Under the pieces are notes generated by a model. The model worked only from the letters and a program-made list of their open reading frames with translations, did not search any database and had not been told where the DNA came from. Positions 25,103 through 32,844 of a stretch of 33,591 nucleotides of DNA are shown in pieces. The stretch is from IMG/VR virus record IMGVR_UViG_3300031111_000006, positions 1 through 33,591 of that record; one strand, 5' to 3'. The stretch is from a virus. The position numbers and the translations under genes are program-made. Within the stretch, counting starts at the first letter, position 1; each line of letters opens with the position of its first letter.

Positions 25103-27558
25103 TGTCCGTTTTTGCCGTCAAAATGTGGGATGAGCGGGAAATTTATTCCCGCCTAATCCGGGACTATCTCCAGATAGAGAAACCGGAGCTCCTCAGCAAT
25201 GGCGGCTTTGATACAGATACAGTTTGGTCGTATGGTGGGGCATGGAAAATTGATAGCGGGGTTGCTTCATACGACGCCACAGCAGACTCCGACTTGGTAC
25301 AAACAAAGATTCTATGGCCTTCAACGGTTCACACGCTGACTTTCACAATTTCGGGGGTCATTCCTGGAACATATGCAAGAATAAGGATTGAGGACGGTCT
25401 CTCCGCTACTCTTTACGGGGCGGCTAACTATTCAAACGGGACCTATACCCTCCAAATTACGACCGGAACCGATTTAGACCTCCATATCGTCGGGCTTTCC
25501 TCTGGAGTCCAATTCTCAGTCGATAATGCAAGCGCAAAACCAACCCGGGACGGCCTTATTTTTGTTCAAGGGTCGTATGCAAATTATTCAACTCCTCAAA
25601 ACACAACCCCTGGAGACGTTTACGTCGTCCGTTGTTACCTGGCGACGTCGGGGCTGAATGGTATCCGGTTTGACTCAACCGGAGCTTTGGGTCCGAGCTC
25701 CTCCTATACGGCAAAGGCCCTATCATATCACGACACCGTCTATCAGACATTTACGGCCGGGAATGATTCTCAGGACCTCCGAATCGTTAGAGACTCGGGG
25801 GTAAACGGGGTTGTTTTGTTCAATGCTTACAACCTGTCAAGGCTCGGGATTGTTACCATGGAGGAGCGGAATCTGATCAACTCCCTGGGGGTTACCTGGG
25901 ATTACTCCAGTTATCCCCATTGGTCGGACATTACCTCCGCCCTGTCAACCGCCGACGAAAAAACCGTGCTCGACTTCTTTATCCCCTCCGTTTTCTCGGG
26001 GAATGATACCGAAAAACTCCTAAAAGCCAATAACGGCCTCCTGGATCTCTCCAGGGTCACCAAGCGGGACAGTCTCCAGGAGCTCCGTATCACCGGAGAG
26101 GGTCGTCTTTTGTGGGATTACCGAGCAAGTCAGATTTCCCTCGAATTCGGGAAAGGGATCTGGCTAACTACAGGGCTCGAAACGGGGGATACCGAGAGCC
26201 TGGTGAAGCGCCGGATAGATATTCATTGGTGGAATTCTCGGAAATTCTCGGGGTTTATTCGTCGGGCTGAATGGGATAAGAAAACCCAAACCCTGACAAC
26301 GGAAATTGATTCCGCCGGGTTGGTAATTAAGGATTTGATCGCCGGGATTCCGATAGGTGACACTCAATTTAATCGCTTTCGCTCAATGCACGTTGAGGAG
26401 GGGACCGCCTGGCAATGGAAATGGACCGGAGCCTATCAGGCGGCAATCGCTTCAATGTCCGTTTACAATGTCCTGGAGTACCTGACTTACAATATAAATC
26501 ACAACATACTTGCCGCCGGGTATGAGGGGGCTCTTGAGGAGGCTCCAACCGTAAACGTCCATGATTTTGTCCTCAATTATACGTTTGGGGCGATAGCTGG
26601 CGGTTTCAACTCCCAGGACCTTGAGAGTGGAGAAACGGTTGTAAGTATTGTTTACGATTCAATCGGGGCCGACGAATACCTGATAACCCGACAACCGGGG
26701 ATTGGCGGGTTTTACGCCTATTATCGTCGCCGAATAGAATACTCTGGAATTTCAACGACTCGGGAGCTTATCGGTTACCCGGGATCTACTGGTATCAATG
26801 CACTCGGGGGGTATCGAATCGACGGGGATCCCATGGCCAGGAGCGGCACCTTTTACGCCGTTGACGTATCCCAACCTGCAACGCCGACGGTAGCCGTCTA
26901 TCATTGGGAGCTCGACGTCCCGCCGGCGGGATTCTGGCAATTTATGAGGGAGTTGTTGGATGATGATTCTCTCGGAATCTCAACTTGTGAAGGGCTCTCC
27001 TGTCCAATGGCCGGGGATCACTATTTTGCTGTTATGGAAACAGACGGCGAAAGGGTCGTTGTCCCCGTTGAAAAGCTCCAGCTAGACCGATTTATCTTTG
27101 ATTACGACGACAACGCTACCGTTGGCCAAGTGCTCAAGGATTTGGGGGTAATATCAGACTCTCTTGTCGGATTTGACTACTCCAACGGCTCCGGATATGT
27201 CGGAAAGCTCCAGGCTATCAACAGGGGGGCGGGGGACAATGTCCAGATTGAGGAGTTTTTAGATTTTCGACGGTCCAATGAGGACGAAAACGATTCAACC
27301 TTTTCTATGCCGGCGGCTTATGAGGATGGGTTGCTGGATGAGGTTGCCGAGGAAATACGGTCCTATTTCGAGAATATCCAGAACGCCGGGACGGACGCCA
27401 TTTCGGCCATTGCTCACCGGAGAAAGATCTCAGACCTCGATGCTATCAAGATCGGGGCGAAAGCAACTCACCCGACCGAGGGGAATCTCGGGATTATCCG
27501 GGAAATCGTATTCCGGGAAAATGTTGTTGAGCTACATACCAAATTGAGGACGGGATAA
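25102..27558 (+). CDS. Distal tail / baseplate structural protein with an N-terminal carbohydrate-binding-like module
   Basis: 818 aa, directly after the TMP (TAATG overlap). The N-terminus (LLSNGGFDTDTVWSYGGAWKID) resembles the opening strand of CBM/jelly-roll modules. Confidence 0.5.
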   Translation: MSVFAVKMWDEREIYSRLIRDYLQIEKPELLSNGGFDTDTVWSYGGAWKIDSGVASYDATADSDLVQTKILWPSTVHTLTFTISGVIPGTYARIRIEDGLSATLYGAANYSNGTYTLQITTGTDLDLHIVGLSSGVQFSVDNASAKPTRDGLIFVQGSYANYSTPQNTTPGDVYVVRCYLATSGLNGIRFDSTGALGPSSSYTAKALSYHDTVYQTFTAGNDSQDLRIVRDSGVNGVVLFNAYNLSRLGIVTMEERNLINSLGVTWDYSSYPHWSDITSALSTADEKTVLDFFIPSVFSGNDTEKLLKANNGLLDLSRVTKRDSLQELRITGEGRLLWDYRASQISLEFGKGIWLTTGLETGDTESLVKRRIDIHWWNSRKFSGFIRRAEWDKKTQTLTTEIDSAGLVIKDLIAGIPIGDTQFNRFRSMHVEEGTAWQWKWTGAYQAAIASMSVYNVLEYLTYNINHNILAAGYEGALEEAPTVNVHDFVLNYTFGAIAGGFNSQDLESGETVVSIVYDSIGADEYLITRQPGIGGFYAYYRRRIEYSGISTTRELIGYPGSTGINALGGYRIDGDPMARSGTFYAVDVSQPATPTVAVYHWELDVPPAGFWQFMRELLDDDSLGISTCEGLSCPMAGDHYFAVMETDGERVVVPVEKLQLDRFIFDYDDNATVGQVLKDLGVISDSLVGFDYSNGSGYVGKLQAINRGAGDNVQIEEFLDFRRSNEDENDSTFSMPAAYEDGLLDEVAEEIRSYFENIQNAGTDAISAIAHRRKISDLDAIKIGAKATHPTEGNLGIIREIVFRENVVELHTKLRTG

Positions 27559-28004
27559 TGAGTTTATTCGGTTCATCCATGCCGACGCTGATAGCGGACG
27601 GGACGGAAATCACCCTCCCCTTGACTGTCAAAGACGGCCGAGCCGAGGATTTTGAGAAAATCGCAGACGTCTACGAGAATCTTTCCGGGGAATTGATCGA
27701 GGACGTCCGGGGGTTTCGCTTGGTTGCTCGGTACAAATGGGATTATATCGAATCGACACCCCTCAACAACCTGGTTGCCATCCATACCGAGCCGAAGGAT
27801 CTCAAGCTCCGATTCTCTGGATACCCAAAAGGGTTTCGGGTCCGTATTACGGAATTCAAAAAGGGGCTCAGGGACGGCCTCAACGACGACGACGCTTTAG
27901 AAATTGCTTTCGAGGGAACCGAGTTACTCAATCGATACCCGAATCTTGATCTAATGTTTACCGCCTGGCAAAACGTACAAAGTCCAGGGCTGGCAATTAT
28001 CTAG
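27558..28004 (+). CDS. Tail-associated hypothetical protein (148 aa)
   Basis: Coupled to the upstream gene (TAATG). Called from its position in the tail-tip module only. Confidence 0.45.
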   Translation: MSLFGSSMPTLIADGTEITLPLTVKDGRAEDFEKIADVYENLSGELIEDVRGFRLVARYKWDYIESTPLNNLVAIHTEPKDLKLRFSGYPKGFRVRITEFKKGLRDGLNDDDALEIAFEGTELLNRYPNLDLMFTAWQNVQSPGLAII

Positions 28005-28016
28005 GAGGAGCCCACC

Positions 28017-29267
28017 ATGTCCAAACGCTACACCTTTATTTTGACGTCGGACGACGGGGGCTCCCCCGCCCAAATGGATCTCGAAAAGACCAAGACCCCG
28101 GGCAACCCTTCAACACCGACTTTTGGAGATTTCCACGTTTACAAGGACGGGGTCCATGATACCTCTATCTACGTTTACTCGAATTCTGACGGGTCCTATT
28201 ATTTCGAGTACACGGAAACCGCCTCCTATACCGTTTACATTGGATCAGGCGGAGCGGGACATGCCGCTCAAGCCGAACTAACCGACATTTTTCTCTATGG
28301 CGACGACGCCCTGACCGAGACAGATATAGACGACGTTACTATCGGGGTTTCCGGCGGGTCTCTGTATGTCAAAGACGACGGTATCGATACCGACCAACTG
28401 GCGGACGACGCCGTAGACAAGGACAAATTGGCCGCCGATGTAGCCGGGGACGGCCTCAGTCAGGCCGCCGGCGGGGAGCTCGACGTAAATGTCGATGATT
28501 CAACGATTGAGATTTCAACCGATACCCTCCAAGTCAAAGACGACGGTATCGACAAAACGAAACTGGCCGCCGATGTAGCCGGGGACGGCCTCAGTCAGGC
28601 CGCCGGCGGGGAGCTCGACGTAAATGTCGATGATTCGACTATCGAAATTTCTACCGACACCCTCCAGGTGAAGGACGACGGTATCGATAAAACGAAACTG
28701 GCCGCCGATGTAGCCGGGGACGGTCTGGAGCAGAACGTAGACGGGAGCCTGAGTCCGGCCGTCGATGATGTTACCCTTGAAGTCGATGCCAACGACGGAA
28801 AGCTAAAGGTAAAAACGGCCGCAATATCCTCCCACATCCGACCCAATACCATTTACACCGTTCCAATGGAGGCCGGAACGAGCGACGGCGACACCCCCTC
28901 CCTAAATCCTACATGGCAAACAACAAATTCAAGCTATGAAAAAAAGCTGGCCGTCAAATTTGTTAAGCAATCGGGGGATAATTTTATAAACCTCCATTGT
29001 TTGACGTCTCTCGTTGGGGGGTCTGATGGCTATGGTCGAGTAAAGCTTGAGGCTACCTCTACAACTCTTGGCACAACCAACCATGAGGGAACCTCTGGAA
29101 TCCAGGTAACAGGCGTTACCCAGGATCTATTTATCGCCCTCGGAGACGTCCCCGATTTCGAGGAGGTTACGATAAACGTTTACATAAAGAAAACCTCGGG
29201 GGCTGAAGCGTTTGGTCTGAAAAAGGATTGTATCCTCTACACAACTCCCGTTCAAGTCACAACCTAA
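28017..29267 (+). CDS. Tail fibre protein with tandem 45-aa repeats
   Basis: Strong SD. The repeat VKDDGIDKTKLAADVAGDGLSQAAGGELDVNVDDSTIEISTDTLQ occurs twice exactly, with a longer variant before it and a diverged copy after it. It is the last gene of the structural operon and is followed by a terminator. Confidence 0.7.
   Translation: MSKRYTFILTSDDGGSPAQMDLEKTKTPGNPSTPTFGDFHVYKDGVHDTSIYVYSNSDGSYYFEYTETASYTVYIGSGGAGHAAQAELTDIFLYGDDALTETDIDDVTIGVSGGSLYVKDDGIDTDQLADDAVDKDKLAADVAGDGLSQAAGGELDVNVDDSTIEISTDTLQVKDDGIDKTKLAADVAGDGLSQAAGGELDVNVDDSTIEISTDTLQVKDDGIDKTKLAADVAGDGLEQNVDGSLSPAVDDVTLEVDANDGKLKVKTAAISSHIRPNTIYTVPMEAGTSDGDTPSLNPTWQTTNSSYEKKLAVKFVKQSGDNFINLHCLTSLVGGSDGYGRVKLEATSTTLGTTNHEGTSGIQVTGVTQDLFIALGDVPDFEEVTINVYIKKTSGAEAFGLKKDCILYTTPVQVTT
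28368..28802 (+). repeat. Tandem repeats inside the fibre gene (units start at 28368, 28533 and 28668; period 135 bp; the first unit carries a 30-bp insertion)
   Basis: 28429-28501 is identical to 28564-28636 (73 bp). The next 31 bp differ at 7 positions, all synonymous. Confidence 0.9.
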
Positions 29268-29326
29268 TCCCTGGACCTCCTCACGCCACGCCCCGGGACT
29301 ATGCCAGTAGGCCCCGGGGTATAGAT

Positions 29327-29365
29327 GCCCCCGGTTTTCTCCTTTCGGCCGGGGGCTTTTCTTTG
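29327..29365 (+). terminator. Intrinsic terminator after the tail fibre gene
   Basis: GCCCCCGG (29327-29334), a 14-nt loop, CCGGGGGC (29349-29356), then TTTTCTTTG. It is preceded by a second hairpin, CCCCGGG/CCCGGGG, at 29291-29319. Confidence 0.7.
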
Positions 29366-29406
29366 CAGGGAAAACCGACTACATTATCACCCGAGAGGAG
29401 TCCTCT

Positions 29407-29769
29407 ATCTGGCTGTTTACTCAAAAGGGCTTTGTTTCGATCAAGCGGGACGGCAAAGACGAATTTATGCTCCGGGTCAGGTCTGAGTTTCCTGGTCATA
29501 TCGAGGAGCTATTTCCGGACGCCGTTGTCCGCAAACTGACCGAAACCGACGACGACTCTCGAAACCCCGCCGACCGCTATCCATACGAGGCTCTAATTGC
29601 AGAGGGGTATTTCCTGGAGTGCTTTTATGAATATACCGACCAAATCGACGGCCTGGGGATTGAGGAATATTTGGACTATCCGGACGCCTATTCGATGAGT
29701 GTAGCCAAGTGCCGGGCAATCTTGGCCGCCGCCGATTCAAAAACGGTAGACGGCAACCTTTCCAACTGA
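29407..29769 (+). CDS. Accessory (moron-like) hypothetical protein; probable non-canonical ATC start
   Basis: The frame is open from 29311. The only canonical start (ATG 29467) lacks an SD. GAGAGGAG at 29393-29400 is 6 nt before ATC 29407. The extension reads (I/M)WLFTQKGFVSIKRDGKDEFMLRVRS, which resembles the N-terminus (MxLFT..GFfSvV...l.VRaR) of a conserved small protein family recalled from prophages. Confidence 0.5.
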   Translation: MWLFTQKGFVSIKRDGKDEFMLRVRSEFPGHIEELFPDAVVRKLTETDDDSRNPADRYPYEALIAEGYFLECFYEYTDQIDGLGIEEYLDYPDAYSMSVAKCRAILAAADSKTVDGNLSN

Positions 29770-29780
29770 CATTTTGAGCG

Positions 29781-29804
29781 TAAAAAAGCCCCAAAAAAGG
29801 GGCT
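29781..29804 (-). terminator. Intrinsic terminator for the minus-strand integrase transcript
   Basis: The minus strand reads AGCCCC-TTTTTT-GGGGCT followed by TTTTTTA. On the plus strand the same hairpin lacks a U-tract. Confidence 0.6.
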
Positions 29805-29812
29805 GAAATGGG

Positions 29813-29857
29813 GGTCATCCTTGAGCCCTCTCGTTCTACCGACTGAGCTACCTGACC
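29813..29857 (-). other. tRNA 5'-half-like segment (acceptor arm plus D-arm). Not a complete tRNA. Candidate attP region.
   Basis: The minus strand at 29857-29832 reads GGTCAGG TA GCTC AGTCGGTA GAAC G, which is the canonical layout of tRNA positions 1-26. No anticodon arm or T arm follows. GGTCA (29857-29853) can pair with TGACC (29817-29813). It begins 4 nt after the integrase stop codon. Confidence 0.5.
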
Positions 29858-29861
29858 AGAC

Positions 29862-31289
29862 CTATTTGATGGAAACCTTTGTTTTCTTTCCGCTTAAATC
29901 GGTAGAAAATGGCACCCGGAGGACCCTGTCAAATGGCGGACGTAGTGTAATTTCCAAACTTGCCTTGTGCAACTTGATTTCATCGACAACCATCTCAATA
30001 ATTGGCCTCATGTGCTCGGACCTTTCAAAGTCCAGATTCAGAGAGAGAATTCGGTCTATCGTTTCCCTGGGGATTTCCTCCGGTATGTTTCCAAGATCCC
30101 GCTCCAGATCTCCCCGCCGGCGTTTCAATTCGACAATTCTCCCCCGCCCCTCCGTTTCCGAGAGCGTCCCGTCAATCATCATTCCGAGAACCATATCAAT
30201 TTTTTCGCTAAGGCTTGCAATTCGAGAGAGTATCCGGTCGGCTTTTTTGCTGGACCTGGAGGGAATACCCTTACGCCTGATTGAGCGGAGAACGGCTTTC
30301 GAGACGACCCGGTCCAATATCGGGGACCTGATATATTTTCGGATAGGACATTGGACGCCCTTTTGGGCTGAGGAGCAAGCATAGTATGTATGCCGCCGGC
30401 CGCCCCTGGATTTGATTGGTTTGCCGTAAAACGATTTAACGGAGCTCCCGCATTTGGCGCAATGGAAAACCCCGAGGCCGGTTAATAAATGGGCTGGAGC
30501 GGTTGAGTGACTACGGGTTGAGCGTCCCCGTTTTGCCTGCAGGACCCGGTCGGCCAGATCGACGGGAATAATTGCCGGCCATTGGGCGGGGATGATATCG
30601 CCCTCGTAGGTCTCAACCCGGCCGGAGTAAAATAGGACCTTGTTACGCTCCAGGAGCCGCCGAACCTGGCGGGCCGAGAGCTCCAGGTCTGAGAGTCGTC
30701 GAGCAATCTGAGCGGCTGAATGGGTGAGAGCCAGGTCATAAACCCGCCGGACCCTTTCCACTCCTCTAGGATCAACAACCAAGTTTCCGGTCTCCTTATC
30801 CAGCCGGTAGCCGGTAGGGGCATGGCCGCCAAGCCAACCGCCGACCGCTCTTTTTTCAACCCGGCCAGCCTGACACCTTTCGAGGATTCGCTTTCTCTCA
30901 TAGTCGGCAATGGAACCGAATATGTTTTGAGTGAGATCATGCTCAATTTTCTCGGGGTCATATTCTTGGGAGGGGGTGACTATTCGGACGCCGGCGGCTT
31001 TGAGTTTGTCCCGAATAAACAGATTATCAGAGAGGTTTCGGCTGAGGCGGTCCAAGGCTACGACCAGGACGGAGCGGAACGCCTTGTTTTCGGCATCCTG
31101 GAGGAGCCGGAGGATCTCGGGCCGGGAGGCCAGCGACTCCCCGGAGATTCCCCCCTCGTTATAGATTTCCCCTACTGAGTAACCCTTGACCCTGGCCAAC
31201 TCCCTAAGAGCTCGGACCTGAGCGTCCAGGGAGTATTTATCCGCCTGGTCCTGGGTTGATACCCGGACATAAATAGCGGCTGGAATCAT
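29862..31289 (-). CDS. int: Large serine recombinase (phage integrase)
   Basis: N-terminal resolvase catalytic domain (AAIYVRVSTQDQ, catalytic Ser), a recombinase domain, a Cys-rich zinc-ribbon region (CAKCGSS...YYACSS...C) and a C-terminal coiled-coil. 475 aa. Confidence 0.95.
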   Translation of the reverse strand: MIPAAIYVRVSTQDQADKYSLDAQVRALRELARVKGYSVGEIYNEGGISGESLASRPEILRLLQDAENKAFRSVLVVALDRLSRNLSDNLFIRDKLKAAGVRIVTPSQEYDPEKIEHDLTQNIFGSIADYERKRILERCQAGRVEKRAVGGWLGGHAPTGYRLDKETGNLVVDPRGVERVRRVYDLALTHSAAQIARRLSDLELSARQVRRLLERNKVLFYSGRVETYEGDIIPAQWPAIIPVDLADRVLQAKRGRSTRSHSTAPAHLLTGLGVFHCAKCGSSVKSFYGKPIKSRGGRRHTYYACSSAQKGVQCPIRKYIRSPILDRVVSKAVLRSIRRKGIPSRSSKKADRILSRIASLSEKIDMVLGMMIDGTLSETEGRGRIVELKRRRGDLERDLGNIPEEIPRETIDRILSLNLDFERSEHMRPIIEMVVDEIKLHKASLEITLRPPFDRVLRVPFSTDLSGKKTKVSIK

Positions 31290-31657
31290 TATAGCAGAAT
31301 GGAGACAAGTAACCCGAGGGCTGTCAACGAGGCGGAAAGGATGAACATTCGCTCCAGGGTTGTTGCAATCCTGTCCAAATGCTTTTCGATTTTCTTGAGA
31401 TCCTGGTCCGGGATTTTTTGGGATTTGGGAGGCGTATTTTCCGGGATAAAAAAGGAATTCGTCGAGGCAATTCTATCAACGTCGCCTTTCGGGTAATGGT
31501 AAGGGTTGCCGTTTACGGAAAACGTCACAAAGAGGTTATCTTGTGAAACGAGCTCCCCGGTTACCACCCCTCCACTATTTAGATAAAGAGAGTCTATAGC
31601 CATGGCGGATAAAACGCTCATTGGGAGGCAAATCGCTATGATTGCAACTAAACGAAT
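31289..31657 (-). CDS. Small secreted, C-terminally anchored protein (lysogeny-module accessory gene); start uncertain (ATG 31621, or ATT 31657)
   Basis: The tracked ORF 31289-31621 has no SD. The in-frame upstream extension to ATT 31657-31655 has GGAGA 6 nt upstream and adds IRLVAIIAICLP, giving a Sec-type signal peptide (cleavage after SAMA). C-terminal TM segment MFILSASLTALGLLVSILL. Its stop overlaps the integrase start (TAATG). Confidence 0.5.
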   Translation of the reverse strand: MRLVAIIAICLPMSVLSAMAIDSLYLNSGGVVTGELVSQDNLFVTFSVNGNPYHYPKGDVDRIASTNSFFIPENTPPKSQKIPDQDLKKIEKHLDRIATTLERMFILSASLTALGLLVSILL

Positions 31658-32400
31658 CGAATTTCTCCGCTAGTAAAGTGGATGCTGATAATTTTATGAT
31701 AGAATAGGACGCTATCCCAGGGGGCTTTTACGACAATTGGAGAGCCAGGCTTTCGCCCCCTTGTCAAAACGACGTTTTTGCCATCCATTCCCAGGATCCC
31801 AACGGCGTAATCTTTTGATTTTGTGCAAAGGAGAACTCGGTCCCCCGGGGAGGGTGACGAATTAGGGGAGCAAAAAATCAAATCCCCCGCCTCAACGCAA
31901 CCCATTGGGCCGTCCAGTTTATCAACGAGAATTGAATAAATATAGCGGTCCAACATACTGTTTTCCCGGGTCGCATAGAATCCGGGTTCCGCTACAAGCA
32001 ACCCGCTAGGATCGATTATTGTCTTTTTCTTCATTTCGGACCATATAAAACCCGGAACGTCCTTCAATTCTCTAGTTTCTTCTAGGTGATATGTAGCTCC
32101 CTGGGGGCCGGGCTCCCCAACCTTGGGAATAAACTCAAATGAACCATCCTCGTAAAATTTTGGATAGTAGCCACAGGCTGAGGCGATTTTTTTAACCGAG
32201 CCAAGTTGCACCCTCTGAGCCTCTCCAGACCGTAGCCTGTAAATGGTTGACCTGGATAGGCTGGTTTTATAGTGGAGGTCAGTATCGGACAAGCCTGACT
32301 CCCGTATCAATCGGGAGACCTCTTTCGTTAAATTTGAGGTTTCCAAAGGCTCCTCCTTCTCCCCCAACGCAATATAAAACAGGACATTACGGGATAGCAT
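31648..32400 (-). CDS. CI/LexA-like repressor (N-terminal HTH plus C-terminal S24 peptidase-like domain)
   Basis: HTH: LSDTDLHYKTSLSRSTIYRLRSGE. The C-terminal region (ENSMLDRY...AGDLIFCSPNSSPSPGDRVLLC) fits the S24 autopeptidase pattern loosely. It is divergent from the early operon. Confidence 0.6.
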   Translation of the reverse strand: MLSRNVLFYIALGEKEEPLETSNLTKEVSRLIRESGLSDTDLHYKTSLSRSTIYRLRSGEAQRVQLGSVKKIASACGYYPKFYEDGSFEFIPKVGEPGPQGATYHLEETRELKDVPGFIWSEMKKKTIIDPSGLLVAEPGFYATRENSMLDRYIYSILVDKLDGPMGCVEAGDLIFCSPNSSPSPGDRVLLCTKSKDYAVGILGMDGKNVVLTRGRKPGSPIVVKAPWDSVLFYHKIISIHFTSGEIRFV

Positions 32401-32477
32401 AAAGCATGCTCTGAAAAAATTGCTCTGTTTTGCTCTTTTTTCCTTTTATAATCAATTATAATCGGTTATTATAGAGC
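32401..32477. promoter_or_regulatory. Divergent switch region: TGCTCT operator-like motifs and TATAAT/TATTAT boxes
   Basis: TGCTCT occurs at 32407, 32421 and 32431, with inverted AGAGCA at 32473. CATGCTCT (32405-32412) and AGAGCATG (32473-32480) form a perfect 8-bp inverted repeat. TATAAT occurs at 32447-32452 and 32457-32462, and TATTAT at 32467-32472. Neither flanking gene has an SD. Confidence 0.55.
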
Positions 32478-32681
32478 ATGATCGAGCGAAACAGTCAAAA
32501 AAGAGCGTCGGGCAAGCCTCTCAAATCGATTTTGATTGATGAGGCGACACATGGCCTTTTCCGGGAATACTGCGAGGAGAACCAGCGAAAGATCGGAGCG
32601 TCCGTCGAGGTCGTTCTGATTCGGGAGGTTAAGGAGAAGGGCTCCGAGGGGTTGAGACAGAAAGCCGAGGCTTTGGCATGA
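32478..32681 (+). CDS. Ribbon-helix-helix (Arc/CopG-like) protein; Cro-analogous early regulator candidate
   Basis: 67 aa. KSILIDEATHGLFREYCEENQRKIGASVEVVLIREV fits a strand-helix-helix pattern. It is the first gene of the rightward operon, opposite the repressor. Confidence 0.5.
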   Translation: MIERNSQKRASGKPLKSILIDEATHGLFREYCEENQRKIGASVEVVLIREVKEKGSEGLRQKAEALA

Positions 32682-32844
32682 ATGGGAATCTCATTACGGC
32701 CGGGGCAATAAATTTGTTGTCTAATTCTCAGTCTCATACACCAAGCTATCAAAAGCCTTTTCGAGCCGTCAATCTAAACCGGCGTCAAATTTTGGAACCA
32801 GCCGACAATTATCCCGTTGGTGTCTGCCCGGTAGGGGGTGAGGC

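Noticed and set aside
28368-28802. The fibre-gene repeats as a diversity-generating retroelement VR/TR pair
   Set aside because: There is no reverse transcriptase anywhere in the genome. The repeats are in tandem within one ORF. The differences are synonymous and not adenine-specific.
29806-29861. A complete tRNA gene on the minus strand
   Set aside because: Only positions 1-26 (acceptor 5' strand and D-arm) are recognisable. I could not fold an anticodon arm, a T arm (no GGTTCGA-like box) or a matching 3' acceptor strand. I report it as a fragment only.
29821-31178. Plus-strand ORFs 29821-30384, 29967-30284, 30720-31178 and others, opposite the integrase
   Set aside because: They are antisense shadows of the clearly recognisable serine recombinase gene.
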